Part shown: in pieces, positions 46,619 through 57,300 of the stretch | How the letters are laid out: every line of letters starts with the position of its first letter | Position numbering within the stretch: position 1 is the first letter of the stretch | NCBI GenBank assembly: GCA_003598085.1 | Contig: QZKU01000145.1 | Span: 9,123 to 73,122, forward strand | Direction: 5' to 3' | From: Candidatus Abyssobacteria bacterium SURF_5 | GTDB taxonomy: Bacteria; Abyssobacteria; SURF-5 | DNA: 64,000 nucleotides | Made by a program: the position numbers and the translations under genes | Notes under the pieces: generated by a model | What the model saw: only the letters and a program-made list of their open reading frames with translations | Databases searched by the model: none | What the model was told of the DNA's origin: nothing

Positions 46619-48085
46619 ATGGTTGAAAGAGATTTTACGCAGTGGCTTCACGCCGAGCTTTTTGATCGGGTCCCGAGCAACGTCGCGATAATTAATCGAA
46701 AGTATCACATCATCGATGCCAACCAAAACTTCTCCGCCGAGTTCGGTGAGTGGAACGGCAAGTTCTGCTATGAGGTTTTCAGGGGACGCAAGACTCCGTG
46801 CCTCTCCTGCAAGGCGGACTTGACGTTCGCCGACGGCAAGGGGCGCGTGAGCGAAGAGCGGCGCCTGAACCGCAACGGCAAATATTCCTACTATGTCGTA
46901 TATTTTGAGCCGATCAAGAACAGCGCGGGCGACATCCTGTACGTGATCGAGATGTCCTCCGATATCACCGAGACGCGCCTGCTCCAGAGAGAGCACGACA
47001 TCATCTTTGACCGCGTCCCCTGTTATGTGGCCGTCATCGACAACGACATGACAATCTCCCGCAACAACGAGCTGTTCCGCAAGACCTTCGGCGAATCCAT
47101 CGGGAGAAAATGCTATGATATCTATCAGCACCGATCCGAGCCGTGCGAGGATTGCCCCGCCATGCAAACATTCACCGACGGTCAGACGCACGTCGCCAGC
47201 AAAACGGGTTTGGATAAAACCGGCCAGCCGGTTTATTATCACGTGACCACTGCTCCTCTCTCGCGGGAAGGTCGTGAGCCTTCGCACGTGATCGAAATGG
47301 CCCTGGACATCACCGAGGTAAAGCAACTGGAACGGGAAGTGCTCGAGGCCGAGCGGCTCGCGGCGGTCGGAGAGACAGTGGCCGGCCTGGCGCATGGCAT
47401 AAAAAACGTGCTCCAGGGCCTCGAGGGCGGCGTCTACGTGCTGAAGACCGCCATGGAAACCGATGACAAGGACCTCACAGGGCAAGGCTGGGACATGCTG
47501 GAGGAAAATGTCGACCGCATCAGCGCCTACGTGAAAGACTTCCTGAATTTCGCCAAAGGACACGCGCCGCACGTGGAGCGGGTCGATCCGGTGCAGGTGG
47601 CAAAAGCGGTTTATGACCTCTACAAGGATGTGGCCGACCGGAGCGGCGTAAAGCTGCTGTTCGACCCTCAGGAAGGCATCGATCCCGCCAACCTCGACCA
47701 CGAAGGTATTCACGTGTGCCTCTCGAACCTGATCTCCAACGCCGTCGACGCCTGTGAAATGAGCGACAATCCGCATTGCGAGGTTCGGCTCTCGGTGTTC
47801 GAGCGAAACGGCAGTCTGATCTATGAGGTCGCCGACGACGGCTGCGGAATGGACTACGAAGTCAAAAAAAAGGTGTTTACGACCTTCTTTTCCACCAAAG
47901 GAACCGCCAGGGGAACGGGTCTGGGATTGCTCGTCACCCGCAGGATCACCCAGCAGCACGGGGGGAAGGTCGTCTTCGAATCAATCGAGGGTGAAGGCTC
48001 CATTTTCCGACTGAAGTTCCCGCGAAATCGGCTGCCCGAATTGTCCCAGCCGCAGCCGGACAACGGGGAAGCCGCTGATCAATGA
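46619..48085 (+). CDS. Cytoplasmic PAS-domain sensor histidine kinase
   Basis: 488 aa with two PAS-like segments containing Cys pairs (CLSCKAD, CEDCPAMQ). The H-box reads LAHGIKNVL. HATPase_c carries DDGCGM and GTGLGL. Confidence 0.9.
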   Translation: MVERDFTQWLHAELFDRVPSNVAIINRKYHIIDANQNFSAEFGEWNGKFCYEVFRGRKTPCLSCKADLTFADGKGRVSEERRLNRNGKYSYYVVYFEPIKNSAGDILYVIEMSSDITETRLLQREHDIIFDRVPCYVAVIDNDMTISRNNELFRKTFGESIGRKCYDIYQHRSEPCEDCPAMQTFTDGQTHVASKTGLDKTGQPVYYHVTTAPLSREGREPSHVIEMALDITEVKQLEREVLEAERLAAVGETVAGLAHGIKNVLQGLEGGVYVLKTAMETDDKDLTGQGWDMLEENVDRISAYVKDFLNFAKGHAPHVERVDPVQVAKAVYDLYKDVADRSGVKLLFDPQEGIDPANLDHEGIHVCLSNLISNAVDACEMSDNPHCEVRLSVFERNGSLIYEVADDGCGMDYEVKKKVFTTFFSTKGTARGTGLGLLVTRRITQQHGGKVVFESIEGEGSIFRLKFPRNRLPELSQPQPDNGEAADQ

Positions 48086-48095
48086 AAAGGAGGGT

Positions 48096-48659
48096 ATGCC
48101 GGTGACGCAACCTTCGGAAAAAACCGTTCTCGTGGTTGATGATGAAAAAAACGTGAGGCTCTTTCTGAAGACCGTTCTCGAGAAGGCCGGTTTCAGAGTC
48201 GAGACCGCCGCCGACGGTCTCGAGGCGCTGGAAAAGGTGAAGGCGAATCCTCCGGATGTGATTTCGCTTGACCTCGTGATGCCAAAGAAATCGGGAGCCA
48301 CATTTCTGCTCGAAATCCGCAAAGACAAGGAACTGCAGAACATCCCGGTAGTCTTGGTCACCGCCCACGCAAAGGATGCCTTAGGCAAGGAAGATTTTGA
48401 TACGATCATGTCCGGCGAAACGATCCGAAGCCCGGAGTCGTACCTGACAAAACCGGTCAAGGCCGAAACCTATCTCAACAGCATAAAGCGCGCGCTCGAC
48501 ACCAAACACATCAAGACGCTGGTGACCGCCGGAGTCACCGGGTCAACATCAAAGAATATCAAAGATGAAATCAAAGAACTGCTCGATGAAGCGGATCCGG
48601 CCAAACTGCAAGAGGCGCTTCGCATCCTGAAGGAAAGAAAACAAGGCGAAGAAAAGTAA
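48096..48659 (+). CDS. Response regulator receiver protein with a short C-terminal extension
   Basis: VLVVDDEKN, LDLVMPKKSG, VVLVTA and K are present. No DNA-binding domain is evident. Confidence 0.85.
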   Translation: MPVTQPSEKTVLVVDDEKNVRLFLKTVLEKAGFRVETAADGLEALEKVKANPPDVISLDLVMPKKSGATFLLEIRKDKELQNIPVVLVTAHAKDALGKEDFDTIMSGETIRSPESYLTKPVKAETYLNSIKRALDTKHIKTLVTAGVTGSTSKNIKDEIKELLDEADPAKLQEALRILKERKQGEEK

Positions 48660-48771
48660 CGGCTTCCTCATCGCGCCGGCCTCATGTGCTCCGCCCGGCA
48701 AAAGCAACACGACCATCGCTTCCCCCGATTCAGCTAACGCGCCCCCCATGGCGCAAGCGCTCGAACCACTC

Positions 48772-50151
48772 TTAAGATGGGGGCATACTCTCTGCGGTTT
48801 CGCCGTTATTGGCCAGAATGCCGTACTTCGACATTTTCCTCCAGAGCGTAACGCGATGCATGCCGAGCTCGCGGGCTGACCTGCTGCAGTTGCCTCCGTT
48901 CCGAATCAGCGCCTCTCGAATGATTGCTTCTTCTGAACTGTTCCCATTGAACGAGCCATTATGGCCGTTCTCGACGTTTTGCACCGCCTCCAGTATCCTC
49001 TGAGGGAGGTGCTCTGCCTCTATCACATTCCCCTCGCAAATCACAAACGCGTGCTCGATGGCGTTCTCCAGTTCCCGCACGTTTCCCGGGAAATCGTGCT
49101 TTCTCAGAAGATTCAATGCTCCATCGGATACCCGGCGGATGTCCTTCTTGCGCTTCCCCCGAAATTTCCTGATGAAGTGCTCAATGAGAATCGGCAAATC
49201 CTCCAGCCGCTCCCGGAGCGGAGGAACCACGATACTGATGACGTTAATACGATAATACAGATCCTCCCGAAACGCGCCCTGCTCGACCATGTGCTTGATA
49301 TCCTGATTTGTGGACGTGATTATCCGGGCGTCCGCCTGCAGCATGCGCGTCGATCCCAGGGGTTGGTATTCCCCGTTATTCAACACCCTCAGCAGCTTCA
49401 CCTGCAGCGAAAGCGGCATATCTCCGATCTCATCCAGAAGCAGCGTGCCGCCTTGAGCCAAATAAAACATTCCCGGCTTGTCCCGCTTCGCATCGGTGAA
49501 AGCTCCCCGCGCATACCCGAACAGCTCCGATTCCAGCAACGTCTCCGGCAGCGCGGCGCAGTTGATGCGGATGTACGCGTTATGTTTGCGCGGACTCATG
49601 TTATGAAGCGCCTGCGCCAACAGCTCCTTCCCCGACCCGCTGGGGCCCTGGATCACCACGTTGCATTCCGACTCGGCAATGTTGGGCAACAGCTTGAAGA
49701 TGTGTTGCATCTTCTCATTGCAACTGACGATGTTCTCCAACCCCCGCAGCTTGCTGATCCTGTTCTGCAGGTTCTCGATTTCCGAAAGATCGCGAAAAAA
49801 TTCCACCGCGCCGACACAACGATCGGAACCGTCCCGCAACAGCGTCGTGCTGACACTGACCGGAAGCTTGCGACCATCCCGCCTGATGATGGTCACGCGT
49901 ACGTTGCTCGCGGACTTCCCGTTCTCCAGCGTGCTCCGCAACGCGCAGCCTCTCTGACACAGGTCCGTCCTGAATATGTCAAAACAGTACTTCCCAATGA
50001 CCTCCTCCCGCGTGAATCCCGATATCCTTTCCGCCGACCGGTTCAGCGATGTGATTCGGCACTCCTTGTCCGTCGTGAATACGCCCTCATCGATGCTGTC
50101 AAAGATAATCTGCGAAATGCCCTTCTGTTCACGGTCTTCTATTGTTGTCAT
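48772..50151 (-). CDS. Sigma-54-dependent transcriptional activator (bEBP) with N-terminal PAS sensor and C-terminal Fis-type HTH; no receiver domain
   Basis: The AAA+ sigma-54 interaction domain carries GPSGSGKE, GAFTDA and ESELFGY (a GAFTGA variant), and PGNVRELEN. The PAS segment contains CFDIFRTDLCQRGC. Confidence 0.95.
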   Translation of the reverse strand: MTTIEDREQKGISQIIFDSIDEGVFTTDKECRITSLNRSAERISGFTREEVIGKYCFDIFRTDLCQRGCALRSTLENGKSASNVRVTIIRRDGRKLPVSVSTTLLRDGSDRCVGAVEFFRDLSEIENLQNRISKLRGLENIVSCNEKMQHIFKLLPNIAESECNVVIQGPSGSGKELLAQALHNMSPRKHNAYIRINCAALPETLLESELFGYARGAFTDAKRDKPGMFYLAQGGTLLLDEIGDMPLSLQVKLLRVLNNGEYQPLGSTRMLQADARIITSTNQDIKHMVEQGAFREDLYYRINVISIVVPPLRERLEDLPILIEHFIRKFRGKRKKDIRRVSDGALNLLRKHDFPGNVRELENAIEHAFVICEGNVIEAEHLPQRILEAVQNVENGHNGSFNGNSSEEAIIREALIRNGGNCSRSARELGMHRVTLWRKMSKYGILANNGETAESMPPS

Positions 50152-50198
50152 TGCTCCTCACCAAAAATATCTCTCCTTGCCTCTTTCAGAAAGATAAC

Positions 50199-50214
50199 TG
50201 CATCGATCGTGCCA
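50199..50214 (-). promoter_or_regulatory. Sigma-54 promoter (minus strand TGGCACGATCGATGCA) upstream of the bEBP gene
   Basis: The reverse complement of 50199-50214 gives TGGCACG-N4-ATGC with exact spacing. It lies about 50 nt upstream of the ATG at 50151, which has a GGTGAGGAG ribosome-binding site. Confidence 0.5.
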
Positions 50215-50522
50215 TGTTGGACCAACAATGGACAGCCTCCTCTAACTCATTCGTAATCAATACGATACGGATGACAACAGCACAGCTCAGTAACAAGTCC
50301 GCAACCCGCAAATAGTAGAAATGCAATAGTCGGTGTAACACGGCTGTTGCATCCCTGCAGCATTCTGCTCCAGCGGAAGGCATTGCTTCCCTCCGACCTG
50401 CCCGACGGAAACCTTGTTTCGCGGTCGACTTTCAGCGGGAAATCAGAGAGGACGAGAAACGGCAACTGGAGGGTTTGCATCCTGCAGAAAAGCACGCAAC
50501 GGCTGAATATTCGACCACCAGC

Positions 50523-51848
50523 CTACGCGCCGAGCTTGAGGAGATATCTCAACACGAACAGGAACGCAAAAGTATAGACGAACGCATTTACTTCCCTGCC
50601 GCGCCCGCTCATCAGCTTCAGCAGGGCATAGGCGATGAAGCCGAAGGCGATTCCGTCGGTAATGCTGAAAGTCAGCGGCATGACGATCAGCGTCAGGAAC
50701 GCGGGCAGCGACTCGGTGTAGTCCTCCCATTTGATCGATCTCACGCTGGTCATCATCATGCTGCCGACGATAATCAGCGGGGGAGCTATGACCGGGTAAA
50801 GGGGAATGCCTCCATACTCGACCGCGCCTCCAACCATCCGGGTCAGCGGATAAAAGAAAAGGGCGAGCAGGAAGAGGCCCGCCGTCACCATGTTGGCCAG
50901 CCCGGTGCGCGCCCCCGCCGTGACTCCCGCAGCGCTCTCGATATAGCTGGTGACAGTCGACGTGCCGAGCAGCGTTCCGCTGACCGTTCCGATTGCGTCC
51001 GACAACAGCGCCTGCCCCGCCCGCGGCAGTTTCCCATTGACCAGGAAACCGGCCCGTTCGCTGATACCGATAAGGGTGCCGACCGTGTCGAACAGATCGA
51101 GGAAGAAGAACACGAAAATGATCGCCAGCAGATTCGACAGCCCTTGATCCCTGAATAATCCAAGGATATCCAGCTTCAAAAAGGTCGGCGCAATCGATGG
51201 CGGACGTCCGATGATCCCCTGAAATTCTATCAGGTGAAAAATCCATCCGAGCAGGGTGGTCACGAGGATTCCAATCAGAATGGCGCCGCGCACACGAAGC
51301 GCAAGAAGACCCGAGATAACCAGAATCCCGAACAGCGACAACAGGACTGGCGGGCTATGCAGATCGCCCAGCCCCACCAGTGTCCCTTCCCGCGCCACGA
51401 CCAGGCCCGACCACTCCATCCCCACCATCGCGATCAGGAGCCCGATTCCGACAGCTATCGCGCTCTTGAGCGACTGCGGAATCGCCTCCATGATCCGGAC
51501 GCGGAACTTGACAGTGGATAAGATGATGAACAACGTGCCCGAAATGCAATTCGCGGCGAGCGCTTGCTGCCAGGTGTAACCCATGAATTGGCATACGGTG
51601 AAGACAAAGAAGAAGTTGTGACCCATTGCCGGCGCGAGCGCGACGGGATAGCCGGCCAGCACCCCCATCAGAAAGGTGGCCAATGCGCTCGAGAGACAGG
51701 TCGCGGCGAGGACGGCTCCGTGGTCCATCCCGCAGATGCTCAGCACCGTCGGTTGAACGAACACGATATAGGACATCGTCATGAAGGTGGTGGCGCCGCC
51801 CACAACTTCCGTCCGAATGTCGGCGCCTCTGAGCTGGAGGTTGAACAT
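50523..51848 (-). CDS. NCS2-family nucleobase permease (AzgA/adenine-guanine-hypoxanthine permease-like)
   Basis: 441 aa, polytopic. The N-terminus VVGGATTFMTMSYIVFVQP matches the AzgA-like family. Confidence 0.8.
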   Translation of the reverse strand: MFNLQLRGADIRTEVVGGATTFMTMSYIVFVQPTVLSICGMDHGAVLAATCLSSALATFLMGVLAGYPVALAPAMGHNFFFVFTVCQFMGYTWQQALAANCISGTLFIILSTVKFRVRIMEAIPQSLKSAIAVGIGLLIAMVGMEWSGLVVAREGTLVGLGDLHSPPVLLSLFGILVISGLLALRVRGAILIGILVTTLLGWIFHLIEFQGIIGRPPSIAPTFLKLDILGLFRDQGLSNLLAIIFVFFFLDLFDTVGTLIGISERAGFLVNGKLPRAGQALLSDAIGTVSGTLLGTSTVTSYIESAAGVTAGARTGLANMVTAGLFLLALFFYPLTRMVGGAVEYGGIPLYPVIAPPLIIVGSMMMTSVRSIKWEDYTESLPAFLTLIVMPLTFSITDGIAFGFIAYALLKLMSGRGREVNAFVYTFAFLFVLRYLLKLGA

Positions 51849-51913
51849 GAGGAGTCTCCTCTGTTCATAAAAGGGAGAGCGTCACATCAGCGAGCGTAAC
51901 GGGCGTTGAGGGT

Positions 51914-52408
51914 TTACTGTTCTCGCTGAACGTAGAATTTCTCTTTCAGCCTGCGCTCGACCACCTCGGGAACGAACGCGCTGATATCTCCGCCGAACTC
52001 TATCAGTTCTTTCACCAGGCTCGAGCTGATGAACGAATAGTTTTCATGTGTCATCAAGAAAATCGTCTCAAAGTTGTCATTCAATTTCCGATTCGTCAAG
52101 GCCATCTGGAATTCGAATTCAAAATCGGAAAATGCGCGCAGGCCCCGCACGACGCAGCACGCACCACATCTGCGCACGTAATCGACGAGCAGGCCGTCAA
52201 ACGAATCGACGCGCACCGTCGGATATTCCATGGTCAACTCGCGGATCATCTTCAGCCTTTCCTGAATCGAGAACAAGCCGGCTTTGCGAATATTATGGGC
52301 AACGGCGACAATAAGTTCGTCGAACAGACCCACGGCGCGCTCGATAAGATCGATATGGCCGTAGGTGATAGGGTCAAAACTGCCAGGATAGATAGCCGTT
52401 CGCTTCAT
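51914..52408 (-). CDS. coaD: Phosphopantetheine adenylyltransferase
   Basis: IYPGSFDPITYGHIDLIERA (the nucleotidyltransferase H/T-x-G-H motif). Length is 164 aa. Confidence 0.9.
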   Translation of the reverse strand: MKRTAIYPGSFDPITYGHIDLIERAVGLFDELIVAVAHNIRKAGLFSIQERLKMIRELTMEYPTVRVDSFDGLLVDYVRRCGACCVVRGLRAFSDFEFEFQMALTNRKLNDNFETIFLMTHENYSFISSSLVKELIEFGGDISAFVPEVVERRLKEKFYVQREQ

Positions 52409-53592
52409 GCCAAATCTCCTAAATCCCTTCTTGCCGCATATTTTGCCGCGTCATAAACCGCCTTCAGAGGTATGTTCCGATTCCGGGCAAGCGCCTTGCA
52501 ATCTTCGAATTCCGGCGACACCGAAAGCGTCCGTTCCTGTCCCGTTCCGATCTTCACCCTCACCTTCCCCCATTCGGTCTCCACCTCGATCACCCGCCGG
52601 TGCAGTTTCAGCCGCGCCTCACGATGATAGCGGATGCCGAAGGTTGTGGATTCGGAAAAAATGATCTCGGCCATCGCAGCGGTTCGGGACGGCTCGCACA
52701 ATATGGTGAGCAGCGTACCCGGTCGCGTCTTTTTCGACTGCGTCCCGGAAAGATAAACCTCGAGGGCTCCGTTCTCGAACAGCCGCTCCATGAGGTATTC
52801 GAAATTTTCAGGATTCATGTCGTCTATGGTGGTGTTCATGACCACAATGTCATCCGCGGCGTACGCATCCGCCGGCTCGGCAATGAGAGCGCGCAACAGG
52901 TTCGGCCAATCCGGGAAATCATTCTTGCCGGCGCCATAACCCTGTGCGAGCACCGTCTGCGGAGGAATCGGGCCGAAGCCGGACGCCAGCGATCGCAAAA
53001 GGACCGCCCCCGTCGGCGTCGCCAACTCCGCCTGTGGTCCTCTGGAATAGATAGGTATTCCCTCGAGCAGTTTCATTGTCGCCGGAGCGGGAACCGGCAG
53101 AACGCCGTGCCTGCACTCCACGAAACCGCCGCCGACGTTCACCGGCGAGGCCTGTACCTCCTGGATCCCCAATTTGTCCAGGGCAATCAGAGTGCCGACC
53201 ACGTCCACAATAGCGTCTATGGCGCCGACTTCATGAAAATGGATTTTATCCGGAGTAGTGGCATGAAGCGCCGCTTCCGTTTCGGCCAGGAACGAGAAAA
53301 TCCGCTTTGCCTTCTCCACAATCGGCTCGGCAAGCGAGCTGCGATCGAGAAGGCTCTGAATCTGGTGGAGTCCGCGCTCGCCCGGCCGTTCTTCGTCCAC
53401 GTGAACGAAGAAGTTGGTAGCGCTTAGATGTCGCCGCATCGTCTTCTCGGCATGCAGATGATATCCTTCAAGCGGCACGAGCCGAAGGCCTTCGCGCAGG
53501 GCATCGAGTTCCAGACCGGCATCGATCAACGAGCCGAGAATCATGTCTCCGCTGACGCCGGAAAAACAGTCAAGGTACAGGCAGCGGCGCAC
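52405..53592 (-). CDS. larC: LarC-family nickel insertion protein (DUF111)
   Basis: The N-terminus LYLDCFSGVSGDMILGSLIDAGL is characteristic of LarC. Length is 395 aa. It overlaps coaD by 4 nt. Confidence 0.8.
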   Translation of the reverse strand: MRRCLYLDCFSGVSGDMILGSLIDAGLELDALREGLRLVPLEGYHLHAEKTMRRHLSATNFFVHVDEERPGERGLHQIQSLLDRSSLAEPIVEKAKRIFSFLAETEAALHATTPDKIHFHEVGAIDAIVDVVGTLIALDKLGIQEVQASPVNVGGGFVECRHGVLPVPAPATMKLLEGIPIYSRGPQAELATPTGAVLLRSLASGFGPIPPQTVLAQGYGAGKNDFPDWPNLLRALIAEPADAYAADDIVVMNTTIDDMNPENFEYLMERLFENGALEVYLSGTQSKKTRPGTLLTILCEPSRTAAMAEIIFSESTTFGIRYHREARLKLHRRVIEVETEWGKVRVKIGTGQERTLSVSPEFEDCKALARNRNIPLKAVYDAAKYAARRDLGDLA

Positions 53593-53623
53593 GTGTTACA
53601 TTCTCCGTGAGGTCACACGACCC

Positions 53624-54373
53624 CTATTTTTGCCGGGCGATAAGGCTGGCGAAGTAACCGGCGCCAAACCCGTTGTCGATGTTCACCACCGCAACGCCGG
53701 GCGAACAGGTATTCAGCATTCCCAGGAGCGCGGCCAGCCCATCAAAACTCGCGCCGTACCCAACGCTCGTGGGAACGGCGACTACAGGGCATTCTACCAG
53801 ACCGCCCACCACGCTTGCAAGCGCGCCCTCCATTCCGGCCGCCACCACCAACGCGTCCGCCTTCGCTATCTCTTTCCTGCGGTCGAAAAGCCGGTGGATG
53901 CCGGCCACGCCCACGTCGAAGATGCGCCTGACGCGGCAGCCCATCATCTCAGAGGTCAAGGCAGCCTCCTCGGCGACCGGAATGTCCGAGGTGCCCGCCG
54001 TTATGACCGTGACTGCCCCCTTTTTCCGCTTGATCGGATGCAGAATGATGGTCATCACGCGCGCGTCCTGATGGTAAACCGCCGTGGGGTGCACCTGGCG
54101 GACCGCCTCATAGATTTCGCGCGAAACCCGTGTCGCCAGCACGTTTCCATCGCGTTCGATCATCTTCCCCGTGATCGCCACCACCTGCTCCTTGGTTTTC
54201 CTTTCGCACAAGATGACTTCCGGAAAGCCCCTTCTCAAATGGCGGTGATGGTCGAGCTTGGCGAAACCGAGGTCCTCATACGGGAGCGACTTCAACGCGG
54301 AAACCGCCTCTTCAACGCTCACCTCGCCGCGTGACACTGCGGCAATAAGAGAGCGCAGTTTATCTGGATGCAT
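53624..54373 (-). CDS. larB: LarB-like (PurE-fold) nickel-pincer-cofactor biosynthesis carboxylase/hydrolase
   Basis: The C-terminal half, VTVITAGTSDIPVAEEA...VVAAGMEGALASVVGGLVECPVVAVPTS, is the PurE/AIR-carboxylase fold. The N-terminal extension is as in LarB. Confidence 0.75.
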   Translation of the reverse strand: MHPDKLRSLIAAVSRGEVSVEEAVSALKSLPYEDLGFAKLDHHRHLRRGFPEVILCERKTKEQVVAITGKMIERDGNVLATRVSREIYEAVRQVHPTAVYHQDARVMTIILHPIKRKKGAVTVITAGTSDIPVAEEAALTSEMMGCRVRRIFDVGVAGIHRLFDRRKEIAKADALVVAAGMEGALASVVGGLVECPVVAVPTSVGYGASFDGLAALLGMLNTCSPGVAVVNIDNGFGAGYFASLIARQK

Positions 54374-54388
54374 GTATGGCCCTCTCCG

Positions 54389-57300
54389 TCAGATTTTCTT
54401 TTTGCTGGCTCTTTTGACGGCGGCGCCGAAGATCGGCTCCTTTTTGTACTTCTTCGACATACCGATCATCAGCAGGATATCCCGCCCCAGAACCTCATCT
54501 ATTATAGCGCGAAGATATCCGAATGTGGAAGAGGGCAGTTTGGTGACGCTGTCGCAGTCGTCGATGAGGATCACATGCGACTTGATCAGCCGGTTCAGCA
54601 GGCCGTTCCAGTCGAACGCCTGCTTTTTCGAGAGAACCGTCACAAGCCGCTCGATCGAGAGGGAGGAAACCGGCCCGGTGAATACGCCTTGCAGCCGGTG
54701 GGCCAACGCATTGAAGAAGTGGTTGCGGCGCTGGCGGTCGTCTTCCATGACCAGCAAAGGAAACTTGTTGCGCCAGCGCTTGTTGGGGTTCTTGAAAATC
54801 TCCTCGAATTCCTCGAACAGCTCTTTCCCCTGGAAATTGGCGCTTGTCAACGCGGTATTCGCCTGCAGGAACTCCTCGAAGAAATCTTTTTTCACCTCCG
54901 GGGCGGCCGGCTCCGGCGAAGGCGCCGTCTCCGCCGCACGCGTCTCAGCTTCCTGTTTTTCCTGCTGTCCGGCGAACGGAATCCGGGCAACATGAACGAA
55001 AGCCTCAATCGCTTCCTTCTGCTCTTCTTGCACTTGAGCATCAACCTCCAGTTTTGCCAACAGTCCAGCCTCAATAAAATGCAGCATGCTTTCCTCGATA
55101 CTCTGCATCTTTATCGGAGGCACTTCCGAAGCAATGACTATCTGGGTCCCGCTCTTCAGCATCGCGGAGAGCAATCCGTATAGAGATGCCTGTATCTCCC
55201 GGGGAACATCGGAAATCTCGAAATCGTCTAGAATGAGCAGCCGCAGGCTCCTCGGCCATTTCTCCAGATTCTCGCGCTCCCTTTTCATGCGCTCGATAAG
55301 CGAGCCGAGCGAAATTACCACGGCGCTCAATTTCGGGTTCTGTTTGGTGGCCAGTAATCCGAGCGCGTGCATGATATGCGTCTTTCCCGCGCCGGACTGC
55401 CCGTATATGCAAAGCGGGTTATACAGCGTTCCGGGACTCTTGGCTATTTTCTCCGCCATCGTTATCGTGAAACTGTTCGCCTCGCTGCCCCTGAATCCCG
55501 CAAAATCATGCAACCATTCCACCGGCTCGAACTGCACGTCGCCGGCCGGTTCTTCCGGCTCAGCCTGCGCGTCGCTCGCATCGGCAGCCGGCTCTTCCGC
55601 CGATGCCGGAGGAGGCGAAACGTCGGCCTCCTGCTCCGCCGCCGTCGGGAGTTTGGCGCTGTCAGGCTGAGACGCCTGTTCATGCTCGAGCGTGGTGAGA
55701 CGCCCGCGCAGGACATCGTTTTCCTTTCGCTGCCGGAGTAGGAGCTCTTCATACTCCTGCCGCACCTTCGCGAGTTGGGCGTCGGCGGTTTGAGCATGCT
55801 CTTCCAGAGATCTGGCGGCTTCCTTTTGCGCGGCGGACAGGCGCTCTATTTCCTTATCCTTCGAAGCGACTATCTCCCGGGCCGACTCCCGACCGCGTTG
55901 TTCCGCCGCTTGCAGCATATCGTCTTTTTTAGCGGTAATCCGCTCCAGTTCCTGAATGCGGGCAAGAGCGCCTGCATCCTCTTGCTCGACTTGCGCCCGC
56001 AGCTTCGTCAGTTCTTCTTGCAACGCCTTGATCTGATCGTCGCGAGACTTGAGCGCCTGCTCTGTCTTTTTCTTCTCCGACTGCAGCTTGCTTCCGCTCT
56101 TCTCGGCCTTGACCATTTCGGCTCTCAGTTTGTCGTAGTCGACTTGAAGCTCCGAATAATCGTGGCGTACCGCCGCCAGCGCGCGCTCCTTGGCCGTCAA
56201 TTCTTTCTCCAGCGCTGAAAAATGGCCCTGCGCCTCCGCCCCTTGAGCGGTGCTTTGCGAAAAACTCTCCCGCAACGCCTCAAGCGCCTTTTGCGACTCG
56301 GCCACGCGCAGGTCTTTCTCCTCGATCAGGGTCGCCAGCCGCGCCGCATCCTGCTCGGCCAGCTCCCGCAGTTCGACCTGTCTTTCCAGGTCCTGCTGCG
56401 CCTCGTTCATCTTCTTCTTTAACTTCTGCACCTGTTCGGATAGCGACTTCATCTCGAGCTCGGCGGCGCTACTTGCGTCGGAATGCGCCTTCTCGCGCGC
56501 GGTCGATTCCAGCCGCTGGCGCTCGAGTCGTTCGGTCAATGCAGCCTTTTCCTGCTCGAATCGCGACAGTAACTCGCCTTCGCGCGCCTGCGCCTCTCTC
56601 AGTTGAACGCGAGCCTCCTGCAGACGCTCTCCGGCCGCCTGGACCGCAGCTTCCGCCTCGTGCGTAACCTCCTCCACCCGTGCGGCAACTTCCTGTTCTT
56701 TGGCGGCGAGCGAAGCCTTTTCGTTTTCAGCGGCGGCGAGTTCAGCCCGCAGCGCCGCCAGCGCCTCCTCGCTCGATTGTATCCGCCGCTCATAGTCGCC
56801 GAGCCGACTTTCGAATTCCCGAACCTGTTCGTTCCGCTGAGTCAACTGCGTCTCGAGCTCGCTCGCGCGCTCCCTGGCTTCCTGTATCTGCTTATCGAAC
56901 AGATCCCGCGCGGCCGCGGACGAATCTTCCGCCTGCTGCCTCTCTTCCTTTACGGCCGCCAGCTCGTGCGCGAGTTCCGAGACTCGCCGCTCGAACTCAT
57001 CGCCGCGCTCGTTTGCCGCCACAATATCTTCGAACGTTTTCTGCAGCTCATCGTTCCGGCGTTTCAGCTCGTCTTTCAGCTTCAGGATATGCTCGGCCTC
57101 GCCCTTTTCCTTCGCATCCAAAAGCTGATCGCGCTGGCGCACGCGGTCCTCGAGATCAGAAACGTGGGTCTTTAATCGCTTAATGATGCCGGCCGATTCC
57201 TGAACTTCGCGCTGTGAGGCGGCGATTTTTTCCGCGAGATCCTTCTCATGCAAGGCGAGCTCGTCGCGTTGTCGCTCGAGGCGTTCCTCCCAACTCTTCT

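Noticed and set aside
51849-51913. Purine riboswitch upstream of the NCS2 nucleobase permease
   Set aside because: Only 65 nt are available and none of the conserved purine-aptamer elements is present. The spacer mainly holds a GAGGAG ribosome-binding site.
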